Source: an uncultured Prevotella sp. (lineage in GTDB: Bacteria; Bacteroidota; Bacteroidia; Bacteroidales; Bacteroidaceae). From it: DNA of 64,000 nt. The notes beneath the pieces were generated by a model. That model saw only the letters and a list, made by a program, of their open reading frames with translations. It had not been told where the DNA came from and made no database searches. The position numbers were made by a program, and so were the translations under genes. The stretch covers positions 6,129 to 70,128 of the forward strand of contig OMXO01000004.1 of NCBI GenBank assembly GCA_900315035.1, given 5' to 3'. Below, piece after piece: positions 53,904 through 62,113 of this stretch (positions within the stretch are counted from its first letter, which is position 1; each line of letters begins with the position of its first letter).

Positions 53904-56615
53904 ATGGAGAAGCAGAACTATCTTCAACGGATCATAGGGATGGTAAAATGGTTTTTACCTTCTTTCCCTCTTGCCCTTTTACCTTTTTTCCTTTTTACCT
54001 TTTTACCTTTACCAGCGTTGGCCCAGGGCCTTCCGCTTATCCGTAATTACACAGCAGCAGAATATGGTGGGCATAACAATTGCTACGATATAGAGATTGG
54101 CGTTGACGGTACTGTGTTTGTGGCTAACTTCGAAGGACTACTCTATTACGACCGTGCAAGGTGGCGCATTATCCATACACCCGATATCAGTCGGATCACG
54201 GTGGTCTATCGTGACAGCAAGAACACGATTTGGGTTGGCGGCTATAACCACTTGTTCCGTTTGCAGGAACGGGCCAATGGCGACTTGTTCTTGCAACAGG
54301 TGGGGCGCGACGGTCAGTTCAAGGGCGAGGTGATGGAGATCTTCGAGGATGGTGGTTCGTTGCTGTTCGTGGCCAGCGACAATAATGTCTATGAAGTCAA
54401 CGGCAGTACCATATCCTTCAAAGAGCAGACGAGTGCAAAATTCAGCCCTGGTGTCGCTTCCAGCATCGTGTCGTTGGGAGCCGTGAAAGAGGGAAGTGCA
54501 GAAGTCATTCTTGATGACATTACTCAAACGGAGAATCTGGACGGCGGGCTTCAGGTCAAGGTCAAGAAGAATTCAGGACTGATCATTGCCGATGCTCAAG
54601 GTCATGAACTCTATACCATTACAGAGGATAACGGCCTGTGTTCCAATCAAGTGGCCTATGTGGCCTACGATGGTCATGGATTGCTCTGGGGCGCAACGTT
54701 GCATGGTGTCTTCTCTATTGAGATCCCTTCACTTTTCAGCTATTTCATGGACAAGGATGGTCTCGATGGCGAGGTACATGCCATCACGGCTTTCGACGGC
54801 AAGATGTATGTGGGCACCACGAACGGCCTTTACAGCATCGCTATTCCCGAGCCAAGCATGCCTGTCCGTAGCCTTTCGTATCAATGCAAGCGTATAGCCG
54901 AAATCAAGAATATATGTTGGACTCTGGCTCCAAGTCGTGACGAACTGTTCGCTGCCACGTCCAGCGGCATCTACAAGATTGCACGAGGCGGCAAGGTAAG
55001 CAGGCTGACTTCTAATTCCACTACCGCCTTGCTAGTTGATGGCGACAAGGTCTATGCCGGAGAACCCGATGGTGTCTATGTCTATCTGCCAGACTTCCTG
55101 AAGCGTACCAAGGTCAACGATATCCCGTTGGCTACCGATATCCGGAAAAATGCTCAAGGCGGTCTCTGGAGCAAGAATGTTCACGGACAGACTGTCGGCG
55201 ATGATCCGGGCATGATACGTGAACCCCTTGCCGATCTGCCTGCTCACCTGAAGAATCCGCTCAGCGACATCGAGGTGACGGCCCAGTATCGTTATGGCAG
55301 TCAGACGTGGATAGGCGGTGATGAGATTCTTGTTGTCGTCGATACCGGTCAGAAAGACCTTGCCCGACTTTCCGATTGTCGTACCGTCCATTTCCGTTCC
55401 ATCATCATGGGCAACGACAGTGTGCTATGGGGTGGCTATGGGGAAATGCCCCAAGAACTATCCAAGTTAGCCGACGATGAGCGCCATCTGCATTTCTTCT
55501 ATGCACTCGACTATACTCCGCTGACGGGTAAGACGCTTTATCGCTATCGCCTGAACAACGACAAATGGAGTGCATGGAGCGAGAAGCAGAGCGTGGAATT
55601 TCTGAATCTGCCCTATGGGTCGTTTACCCTTAGCGTACAGGCCAGACTGGCTAACGGCGAACTGTCGGAGATCGCATCCGTCGATTTTTCCATTGCCTAC
55701 CCATTGTTCATGCGCTGGTATATGGTGGTCATCTACTTCATTCTCTTGGCCTGCCTGGTCTATCTGCTGTTCCGTTATCGTGCCGATCTCCGTCAAGCGC
55801 AACAGGAACTGATACGTCAGGAGAAAATGGCGTCGGTGGGTAAACTGACCGAGGGACTCATTGACCGACTCCTGAACCCGATGAACTATATCATCAACTT
55901 CTCGAAGATGTCAAACGACCTGCTGAAAGACTTCAAGGAGGCTATCGGGCACAAGACAGAGGCGAAGACCGATGGTCAGGTCGTTATCAGCGACAACGAC
56001 TATGAAGACATGCTCGACATCGCTGATATGCTGACCGAGAACCTGCGTAACGTTGACGATTATGGCCAGAACGCCACCCGCATGCTCAAGGCGATGGAGG
56101 AGATGCTGAAAGACCGCCAAGGCGGCTATACCGATATGGATCTCCTGCCTGTGCTTCATCAGAACGAGGAGATGTTCGCCAAATATTATGTCAACGAGAA
56201 AGAAAAGCATCATATCCGTGCAACATTTACTTTGCCCGACAGTGCGATGCCGTTGAACGGAAATCCCGCTTTGCTCAGCAAGGTCTTTATGAATATCCTG
56301 GGCAATGCGGTCTATGCCGTAGTCAGGAAGGCAGAGAGAGCGAAAGGGTTCGTCCCCGAGATATCCCTTGCCGCCACTGTTGTCGATGGACAGTACGTCG
56401 TGGCGGTTCGCGACAACGGCATCGGTATTGACGAGAAACAACTCGACAAGATCTTCAATCCTTTCTTCACCACCAAAACCACCAGCGAGGCTGCAGGCAT
56501 AGGACTCTACCTGAGTCGCGAAATCATACAGAACCACGGCGGCGACATCAGCGTGGAGAGTCGCAAGGACGATTACACAGAGTTTACCATTAGCCTTCCA
56601 AAGGTCAAAAAGTAA
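53904..56615 (+). CDS. HTCS-like periplasmic sensor (Reg_prop repeats + Y_Y_Y) fused to a histidine-kinase-like ATPase core lacking the phospho-acceptor His
   Basis: 903 aa with a signal/TM N-terminus. Propeller repeats include NTIWVGGYNHLFRL, GLLWGATLHGVFSI, KMYVGTTNGLYSI and ELFAATSSGIYKI. Y_Y_Y region is LHFFYALDYTPLTGKTLYRYRLNNDKWSAW, followed by a TM segment (MVVIYFILLACLVYLLF). The H-box-equivalent reads EKMASVGKLTEGLIDRLLNP. N-box NILGNAVYAV, G1 DNGIGI, F FNPFFTTK, G2 GIGLYLS. Confidence 0.8.
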   Translation: MEKQNYLQRIIGMVKWFLPSFPLALLPFFLFTFLPLPALAQGLPLIRNYTAAEYGGHNNCYDIEIGVDGTVFVANFEGLLYYDRARWRIIHTPDISRITVVYRDSKNTIWVGGYNHLFRLQERANGDLFLQQVGRDGQFKGEVMEIFEDGGSLLFVASDNNVYEVNGSTISFKEQTSAKFSPGVASSIVSLGAVKEGSAEVILDDITQTENLDGGLQVKVKKNSGLIIADAQGHELYTITEDNGLCSNQVAYVAYDGHGLLWGATLHGVFSIEIPSLFSYFMDKDGLDGEVHAITAFDGKMYVGTTNGLYSIAIPEPSMPVRSLSYQCKRIAEIKNICWTLAPSRDELFAATSSGIYKIARGGKVSRLTSNSTTALLVDGDKVYAGEPDGVYVYLPDFLKRTKVNDIPLATDIRKNAQGGLWSKNVHGQTVGDDPGMIREPLADLPAHLKNPLSDIEVTAQYRYGSQTWIGGDEILVVVDTGQKDLARLSDCRTVHFRSIIMGNDSVLWGGYGEMPQELSKLADDERHLHFFYALDYTPLTGKTLYRYRLNNDKWSAWSEKQSVEFLNLPYGSFTLSVQARLANGELSEIASVDFSIAYPLFMRWYMVVIYFILLACLVYLLFRYRADLRQAQQELIRQEKMASVGKLTEGLIDRLLNPMNYIINFSKMSNDLLKDFKEAIGHKTEAKTDGQVVISDNDYEDMLDIADMLTENLRNVDDYGQNATRMLKAMEEMLKDRQGGYTDMDLLPVLHQNEEMFAKYYVNEKEKHHIRATFTLPDSAMPLNGNPALLSKVFMNILGNAVYAVVRKAERAKGFVPEISLAATVVDGQYVVAVRDNGIGIDEKQLDKIFNPFFTTKTTSEAAGIGLYLSREIIQNHGGDISVESRKDDYTEFTISLPKVKK

Positions 56616-56620
56616 AAAGT

Positions 56621-59110
56621 ATGGAGCAGAAGAAATATCTATTTATCATCAGTTTCCTTGTTTGTCTTCTTGCTTTGATGCCTTTATCCGCAGGAGCGCA
56701 GACTGATACGGAGATGCGCGATATCTACACGCAGGCAGAGAGCGATTACCAGATAGGCCGAATCGAACAGGCTCGCGATGCCCTGTTGCAACATCTCACC
56801 GACTTCCATGGGAACCAGCGCCAGAGTGCGCTCCGCCTCATTGCCCTTTGCTATCTGGCACGTTTCGATATGGAGAAGACGGAGCACTATGCCTCGCTGA
56901 TATTGCAGGATAACCCTTACTACAGCCCGTCGTCGCTTGATCCCGCGATCTTTGCCGATATCGTGAACAGCATCAAGTCTGGTATGACCGCTACCATTAC
57001 CACCGCTTCCAGTCAGACAGAGAGTCTGTTAGAGGTGCCTGTTCCCTCAGCGCTCATTACCGCCGAAATGATCAGGAACAGCGGAGCCCGAAATCTGCAG
57101 GAAGTGCTTGCTACCTATGTGCCTGGCATGAACATTGTCGATTGTAACGACGATATCAACATCGCCATGCGCGGCATCTACAGTTATACGCAGGAAAAGA
57201 TTCTCATCATGCTCAATGGGCATCGTCTGAACAGTTATGCTACCAACACCGCTGCGCCCGATTTCAGCATCTCCTTGGAGAATGTGAAACAGATAGAAGT
57301 GCTGCGTGGTCCCGCCTCCTCACTTTATGGCGATGTGGCTCTTACCGGTGTGGTGAATATCATCACCAAACAAGGAGCCGATGTGGACGGCATCAAGGCG
57401 AAAGTTGCGGCAGGTAATCACGGGCAGATCAAGGCCGACGCCATCCTCGGCAAGCGTTATTTCGACATCGACCTGCTCGTCTGGGGAAGTGCCTATCGCA
57501 ACAGTGGCGATCGGCCTATCGGCAATCATCCCTCCTATGACTTAGGCCTGCAACTGGGTTATAAAGGTCTGCAACTCATGTACGACACCCATTTCTCACA
57601 GGTTGCCGCCCCGTTTACCATGGGTTGTCCTGCCATGCCATACAACCGTGAGCGCTATATTACCCAAAATGCTTACGGTCCCAGTTTTGCTACCAGTTCA
57701 CGACATCTCGACCTGAGTTACAACCATCAGATGGGCAACTTGAATCTGAAGTATGCCGCCACCTACGACAAGTCGGATATGACGCGCTATCAGGTGCTTA
57801 GCGACGAGCCGTCACACATATTGTCTTGGACGCTCCCGTTGCCTCTTTACATGATACAAGTGTATGACTCTTTGGGAGGACTCTCCCGATATGTCAACGG
57901 CCAGGATCAGCACTTCGGCTTCCAGCTGAAGGGCAACTATGCCTATACACTGAGTGCCCGACAAAAGGGCCATATCAGTTTCGGAGCCGAGTATGGTCAC
58001 TTCAAACTCGATGACATGCGCTATCAGATGGGCTATAATTTCGTAGAGACATTCGCCGGGGATGTGAAGACGCGCGGAATCGGAAAGGGTAGAGAGAACA
58101 GTGCCAATGTCTATCTGCAACTGAAGCATCAGTGGGATTTCTCTCTCTTCTCCTATCCCTCTTCACTGCTTCTGAATGCCGGTATGCGTTTCGACTACAA
58201 GAACCACTATGACGATACTCAGGTGCGTGAACTGTCGCCTCGAGTGGCCCTCATCCTGTTGCGCCCCAAGTGGAACGTCAGGCTGAGTTATTCCAAGTCG
58301 TTTGTCGATGTACCATATCTCTATCGCAAATCCAATGCCCTCGCTGCATTGATTCGTGAGCGCAAAAACGATGAAAGCCTCTCGCCTGAGCGCGCTCACT
58401 CCTTCCAACTCTCATTTGCAGGACTAAACTGGGTGAAAGGGCTGAATTTCGAAGTCAACGGTTTCTACAATCATGCCTCAGACCTCATTATGACCGATAT
58501 TCTCACCTACAAGAACACGAGCCAGAACAGAACCGGCGGACTGGAGTTGATGGCTGGTTACAGACGGCCGAGGCTCACCACTCACTGGAACCTGACCTGG
58601 ACGCACACTTTCAAGTCGACTATCGTACCCATAGAACTCTACGAGAAACTGATGCCCTATTATTCTTATAACATCGATGACAACAATAATACCCCGGTCA
58701 TCATGTCGAATCTGGTAGTCGGTTGGCAGGCTGCGTCTCGGTTGCGACTTCATGCCCATGTGCTCTTCGAGAGCAGTCAGACATCGTATAACATCGATCT
58801 TGAGCAATTTGCCAAGACTCGCACCCAATACTTCTTATACGATCTTTACTACCCCATTCATGACATGGAGAAGCTGGCCGCTATCTACTGGGCTAGCGCT
58901 GTAGATGCTGCGCAGAAGACTGTTAGCCGTCATGAGATGTCTGCCCGCTGCATCCTGAACGTCGGTGGCGAATATACGTTCGGGCCCGTCACCATCGGGC
59001 TGGACATCCACAATCTTCTGGGTACTCGCTATAACCGTAGTGGCATGAACACGATCCTGATTCCCCAGCAAGGACGTTGGCTCATGGGCAGCATTGCCGT
59101 CAGTTTATAG
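56621..59110 (+). CDS. TonB-dependent-receptor-like outer-membrane protein with an N-terminal TPR-like extension
   Basis: 829 aa with a signal peptide. About 100 aa of helical TPR-like region (YQIGRIEQARDALLQHL...ALRLIALCYLARFDMEKTEHYASLIL). Plug-like region (VPVPSALITAEMIRNSGARNLQEVLATYVPGM...EVLRGPASSLYGDVALTGVVNIITKQG), then a long beta-barrel. Confidence 0.7.
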   Translation: MEQKKYLFIISFLVCLLALMPLSAGAQTDTEMRDIYTQAESDYQIGRIEQARDALLQHLTDFHGNQRQSALRLIALCYLARFDMEKTEHYASLILQDNPYYSPSSLDPAIFADIVNSIKSGMTATITTASSQTESLLEVPVPSALITAEMIRNSGARNLQEVLATYVPGMNIVDCNDDINIAMRGIYSYTQEKILIMLNGHRLNSYATNTAAPDFSISLENVKQIEVLRGPASSLYGDVALTGVVNIITKQGADVDGIKAKVAAGNHGQIKADAILGKRYFDIDLLVWGSAYRNSGDRPIGNHPSYDLGLQLGYKGLQLMYDTHFSQVAAPFTMGCPAMPYNRERYITQNAYGPSFATSSRHLDLSYNHQMGNLNLKYAATYDKSDMTRYQVLSDEPSHILSWTLPLPLYMIQVYDSLGGLSRYVNGQDQHFGFQLKGNYAYTLSARQKGHISFGAEYGHFKLDDMRYQMGYNFVETFAGDVKTRGIGKGRENSANVYLQLKHQWDFSLFSYPSSLLLNAGMRFDYKNHYDDTQVRELSPRVALILLRPKWNVRLSYSKSFVDVPYLYRKSNALAALIRERKNDESLSPERAHSFQLSFAGLNWVKGLNFEVNGFYNHASDLIMTDILTYKNTSQNRTGGLELMAGYRRPRLTTHWNLTWTHTFKSTIVPIELYEKLMPYYSYNIDDNNNTPVIMSNLVVGWQAASRLRLHAHVLFESSQTSYNIDLEQFAKTRTQYFLYDLYYPIHDMEKLAAIYWASAVDAAQKTVSRHEMSARCILNVGGEYTFGPVTIGLDIHNLLGTRYNRSGMNTILIPQQGRWLMGSIAVSL

Positions 59111-59236
59111 GGCGAAGATTTGTATCAATAAGTCAAAGATCAATAGATTGTCAGGTAAATTCTTTGTCTGCGATTCGGCTCTGTTTTTGGCTCTGGTTAG
59201 AAAAAATTGCCTCGTGCACTAGGAAAATTTTCCGCT

Positions 59237-59254
59237 CCAGTTAGGCCGCAAATT
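59237..59254. repeat. Conserved 18-mer CCAGTTAGGCCGCAAATT (copy 2)
   Basis: Identical to 24734-24751, in the same orientation and the same position relative to the rest of the element. Confidence 0.9.
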
Positions 59255-59275
59255 TCTGCCTCATTTTCGACGGTG

Positions 59276-59283
59276 CAAAGATA
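59276..59283 (-). promoter_or_regulatory. Leftward -7 box at the left edge of palindromic element B (no CDS downstream)
   Basis: Minus-strand TAtcTTTG within TTATCTTTGCACCGTCGA. Same context as element A (TTTGCAC-GTCGA). Confidence 0.35.
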
Positions 59284-59384
59284 AGCATAAATCAAAGACC
59301 CTGCAAACTTTTTTCAAAAAACCGCACTTAAAATCGCACTTTTTGTACCCTTATTATCTATGATAATATTTCGGGTCTTGTCTT

Positions 59385-59540
59385 AGTCATTTAGTCATTT
59401 AGTCATTTAGTCATTTTCGATACACACCTCCTCAAATAAGAAACAATATATAATATAAAATATATTTTATATTATATATTGAGCATAGTAGAGCTTGTGT
59501 CTAAACGATTTTGACTAAATGACTAAATGACTAAATGACT
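59385..59540. repeat. Element B core: perfect 29-bp inverted repeat of tandem octamers flanking a 98-nt interior
   Basis: The left arm lies within (TAGTCATT)x4 at 59384-59415. The arm 59385-59413 pairs exactly with 59512-59540 (TGACTAAATGACTAAATGACTAAATGACT). Confidence 0.95.
59444..59481. repeat. Element B centre: perfect 38-bp palindrome, A/T-only apart from the terminal C/G
   Basis: The sequence is CAATATATAATATAAAATATATTTTATATTATATATTG. All 19 base pairs were checked position by position. Confidence 0.95.
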
Positions 59541-59572
59541 GAGAAATGCTTGGATTTATCGAATCTTTTGAC

Positions 59573-59580
59573 TATTTTTG
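59573..59580 (+). promoter_or_regulatory. -7 box TAnnTTTG (right edge of element B)
   Basis: TAttTTTG, 30 nt upstream of the ATG at 59611. Confidence 0.4.
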
Positions 59581-59610
59581 CCCTCAGAAATGATGAAAAT
59601 AATGAGGATA

Positions 59611-60102
59611 ATGATGAAGAAAAATCAGTTTTTGATGGTGATTTCCGTCCTTCTGGCGTTGTTTTTTGCAGGATGTGCCACGAGTGAAGAGCGTGCGGCT
59701 CAGAAAGCAGAGCGGGCAAAAAAAGTGACTGCAGCACTGAATAATCGGCATTTCAAGATAGGTATTGCCCACATGCATCCCATGAAAGGACCGTCGAAAG
59801 CGGTGTCGTATGGTTACTCTGTAGAAGTGAGAAACGACTCGCTGATTTCGTATCTGCCGTATTTCGGAAGGGCCTACAACGTGCCTTATGGCGGTGGAAA
59901 GGGCCTGAATTTCTCTGCGCCTATCGAGAGTTATAGGGAAGGAGTGGGGAAAAACGGCCAGCGCCATATCGAGATCGGGCTGACGAACGATGAGGATACT
60001 TATTTATATGTTTTAGACGTGTTTGACAATGGCAGTTCTTCGGTCAGTGTGTCGGCACGCCAGCGAGAACAGATATCTTATACTGGCGATATGGAGTTTT
60101 AG
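59611..60102 (+). CDS. Lipoprotein of unknown function (DUF4251-like, unverified)
   Basis: The ATG at 59611 or 59614 gives MMKKNQFLMVISVLLALFFAGCAT (lipobox). Earlier in-frame ATGs from 59590 lie within 10 nt of the -7 box. Confidence 0.65.
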   Translation: MMKKNQFLMVISVLLALFFAGCATSEERAAQKAERAKKVTAALNNRHFKIGIAHMHPMKGPSKAVSYGYSVEVRNDSLISYLPYFGRAYNVPYGGGKGLNFSAPIESYREGVGKNGQRHIEIGLTNDEDTYLYVLDVFDNGSSSVSVSARQREQISYTGDMEF

Positions 60103-60109
60103 CAACGAT

Positions 60110-60135
60110 AAAGGGCTCGCTGTTGCGGGCCCTTT
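60110..60135. terminator. Hairpin between convergent genes
   Basis: AAAGGGCTCGC-TGTT-GCGGGCCCTTT forms an 11-bp stem with one U-G pair. Confidence 0.55.
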
Positions 60136-60145
60136 GTCGTATCGC

Positions 60146-60583
60146 TTATTTGCGGTCGTCGATGTTATCGCCTTCAGTCGGCGCCATCTCTTCCTTGAAG
60201 TCGGTGATACCGGCCTCTACGAGGATGTTATACCATGAGATGAGCTTCTTGATGTGGCTGTTCTGCACGCGATCCTGATCCCATTCGGGCAGCACTTTGG
60301 TGAAGTAGGCGCGGAGCTCTTCGCTGCTGGCTTTCTTCTCGTTGATGCTGGCTTTCTTGCCACCCTCGAGTTGCTTGAGGTTCTCAAGTACATCCATCAG
60401 GGGCACGTCGTCGGTCTCTGTGTACATAGCGACATCGGCGAGAGATGTGATACGGTCGGTGGCAAAGGCGGGCATGCGGCGATGAGTGCCGTCGAGGGCC
60501 TCGACGATGAGGTTGTTGTTACCTCTGGTCACGAGTTTGTAAAGGCCGGGCTTTCCGGCAATTGCTAAAACGGTCTGTTGCAT
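60146..60583 (-). CDS. Conserved hypothetical protein (DUF5606-like, unverified)
   Basis: 145 aa with N-terminus MQQTVLAIAGKPGLYKLVTRGNNNLIVEAL. Overlaps the coaE 3' end by 19 nt. Confidence 0.6.
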   Translation of the reverse strand: MQQTVLAIAGKPGLYKLVTRGNNNLIVEALDGTHRRMPAFATDRITSLADVAMYTETDDVPLMDVLENLKQLEGGKKASINEKKASSEELRAYFTKVLPEWDQDRVQNSHIKKLISWYNILVEAGITDFKEEMAPTEGDNIDDRK

Positions 60584-61131
60584 TGTTCTATGATTTTATT
60601 TAATTGTTGTTCTATATCTGTTTCGCCGTCGTTGACAATCTCAAAATCCGCTCTTCCGACGACCTCTTCCTGAGGCAATTGGCGTCCCATCCACTCGAGC
60701 ACTTTTTCGCGGGATATATGGTCGCGGGCCATGACCCGGCTGATGCGCACCTCGAGCGGTGCAGTAACGACGATGACGCGGTCCATCAGGCGATAGATGC
60801 CCGATTCGTACATGATGGCGCTCTCAAGCCATTCGACACCACTCTCCTCGAAATCGCGGAAGACGGCGGGGTGTACGATGCGGTCGATGGCCTGTGCGTT
60901 CTCCTCGGAGGCAAGCAGGAACTGAGCCACTGCGCTCTTGTTCAGATTGCCGTCGGCCGTGTAGGCTTGCGGTCCTATCAGGGCGGTAAGGCCCTCTCGG
61001 ATATCTGTCGAGGTGCGAATCAGGCGCTTGGCTGCGCTGTCGCAGTCGTAAACCTCGATGCCCTGGCGCCGTAAATGGGCGCAGACATAACTCTTGCCGC
61101 TTCCGATGCCGCCTGCGATACCGATCTTCAT
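60565..61131 (-). CDS. coaE: Dephospho-CoA kinase
   Basis: 188 aa with P-loop IGIAGGIGSGKS. Confidence 0.85.
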   Translation of the reverse strand: MKIGIAGGIGSGKSYVCAHLRRQGIEVYDCDSAAKRLIRTSTDIREGLTALIGPQAYTADGNLNKSAVAQFLLASEENAQAIDRIVHPAVFRDFEESGVEWLESAIMYESGIYRLMDRVIVVTAPLEVRISRVMARDHISREKVLEWMGRQLPQEEVVGRADFEIVNDGETDIEQQLNKIIEQCNRPF

Positions 61132-61132
61132 A

Positions 61133-62113
61133 TTACTCTGACTCTATGAGGTAATCTACGAAATTGATCTCGAGTTTGGCGTGCGAGATGCCGTGAGGTA
61201 CGACTTTCAGTTGCACGCGGCATTTCTCGGTAGGATTCTGCTTGATCTCGTTGTAATCGACCACCACCGTGAAGTCTTTTGGCGTGAGGTTACGATAGGT
61301 GTTGATGCCTGTGACGAACCCCACTGCCACCTTAGAAGGGAATGTGCGGATCACCTTGCCTTCGGGCAGGTTGATGCCCTGAATAGGAATTCCCTCGATG
61401 CGCTCCTCAGTCAGCACGTCGGTCAGGAATCGTATCTTGATGTGGTCGGGCATGATCTTCACGCCTTTCATCTTGGCCAGATGACAACTCACGTTGAGCG
61501 TATCCCGGAAGTTGGCATAGTTGAGCGGCTCGGTATATACCATGTTGATGCTGTCGAGCTTCTCGTCGGAGGCATAGATGGTAACACTGTCGGGTCTGTA
61601 TTCCACGCGGGAGATGAAATAGAGTTCCTCGGGGATGACTCGGCCACTCCACCTGACTGGTACTCGTTTCTTGGCACCGTAGTTATAGGTGAACTCGAGT
61701 CTCTCGGGCTTGACGCTGATAATCTTCGAACTGCTGAGCAACCGCTGATAAATCAGTTTCTGCATCTCCTGTTGCGAGACAAGCCCCGTGCCGTTGTTAC
61801 GCATGTAGTTCCTGAAGTTGACGCTGATGCGCTTCAGTTTATCACCATAATAGTACGACAACAGGAAGATACCCTTGTCGCGGATGGTGATCTTCACCGT
61901 ATCGACATCGTTAGAGGTGAGAACGGCGTTCTTGGGGATATCAGTTACAGCGAAGGGTACGGCAAACTCCTTCTCGTAAACGTCGTTGAGTGTCAGCGAC
62001 AACCAGAAAGTGCCTGACAACGCGAGAAAGAAGAGAAACACCAGAAACTCCCTGTTAGCAGTGCTGAACAGGATGATTCTGATGTATCGCCATACCTTTC
62101 TGAGCTGGTTCAT
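61133..62113 (-). CDS. YbbR-like domain-containing membrane-anchored protein
   Basis: 326 aa. N-terminal TM segment (FLVFLFFLALSGTFWLSL) followed by repeated beta-rich modules. Sits between yajC and coaE, as I recall for Bacteroidales. Confidence 0.65.
   Translation of the reverse strand: MNQLRKVWRYIRIILFSTANREFLVFLFFLALSGTFWLSLTLNDVYEKEFAVPFAVTDIPKNAVLTSNDVDTVKITIRDKGIFLLSYYYGDKLKRISVNFRNYMRNNGTGLVSQQEMQKLIYQRLLSSSKIISVKPERLEFTYNYGAKKRVPVRWSGRVIPEELYFISRVEYRPDSVTIYASDEKLDSINMVYTEPLNYANFRDTLNVSCHLAKMKGVKIMPDHIKIRFLTDVLTEERIEGIPIQGINLPEGKVIRTFPSKVAVGFVTGINTYRNLTPKDFTVVVDYNEIKQNPTEKCRVQLKVVPHGISHAKLEINFVDYLIESE

Noticed and set aside
24734-59580. The two element copies share an identical 18-mer in direct orientation. 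They could therefore be att-like boundaries of a ~34.8-kb genomic island.
   Set aside because: The enclosed genes are core housekeeping: pgi, gpsA, lysS, the whole men operon, aroB, pepO and SulP. No integrase, transposase, tRNA target or compositional break is visible. The copies are better explained as members of an intergenic element family.
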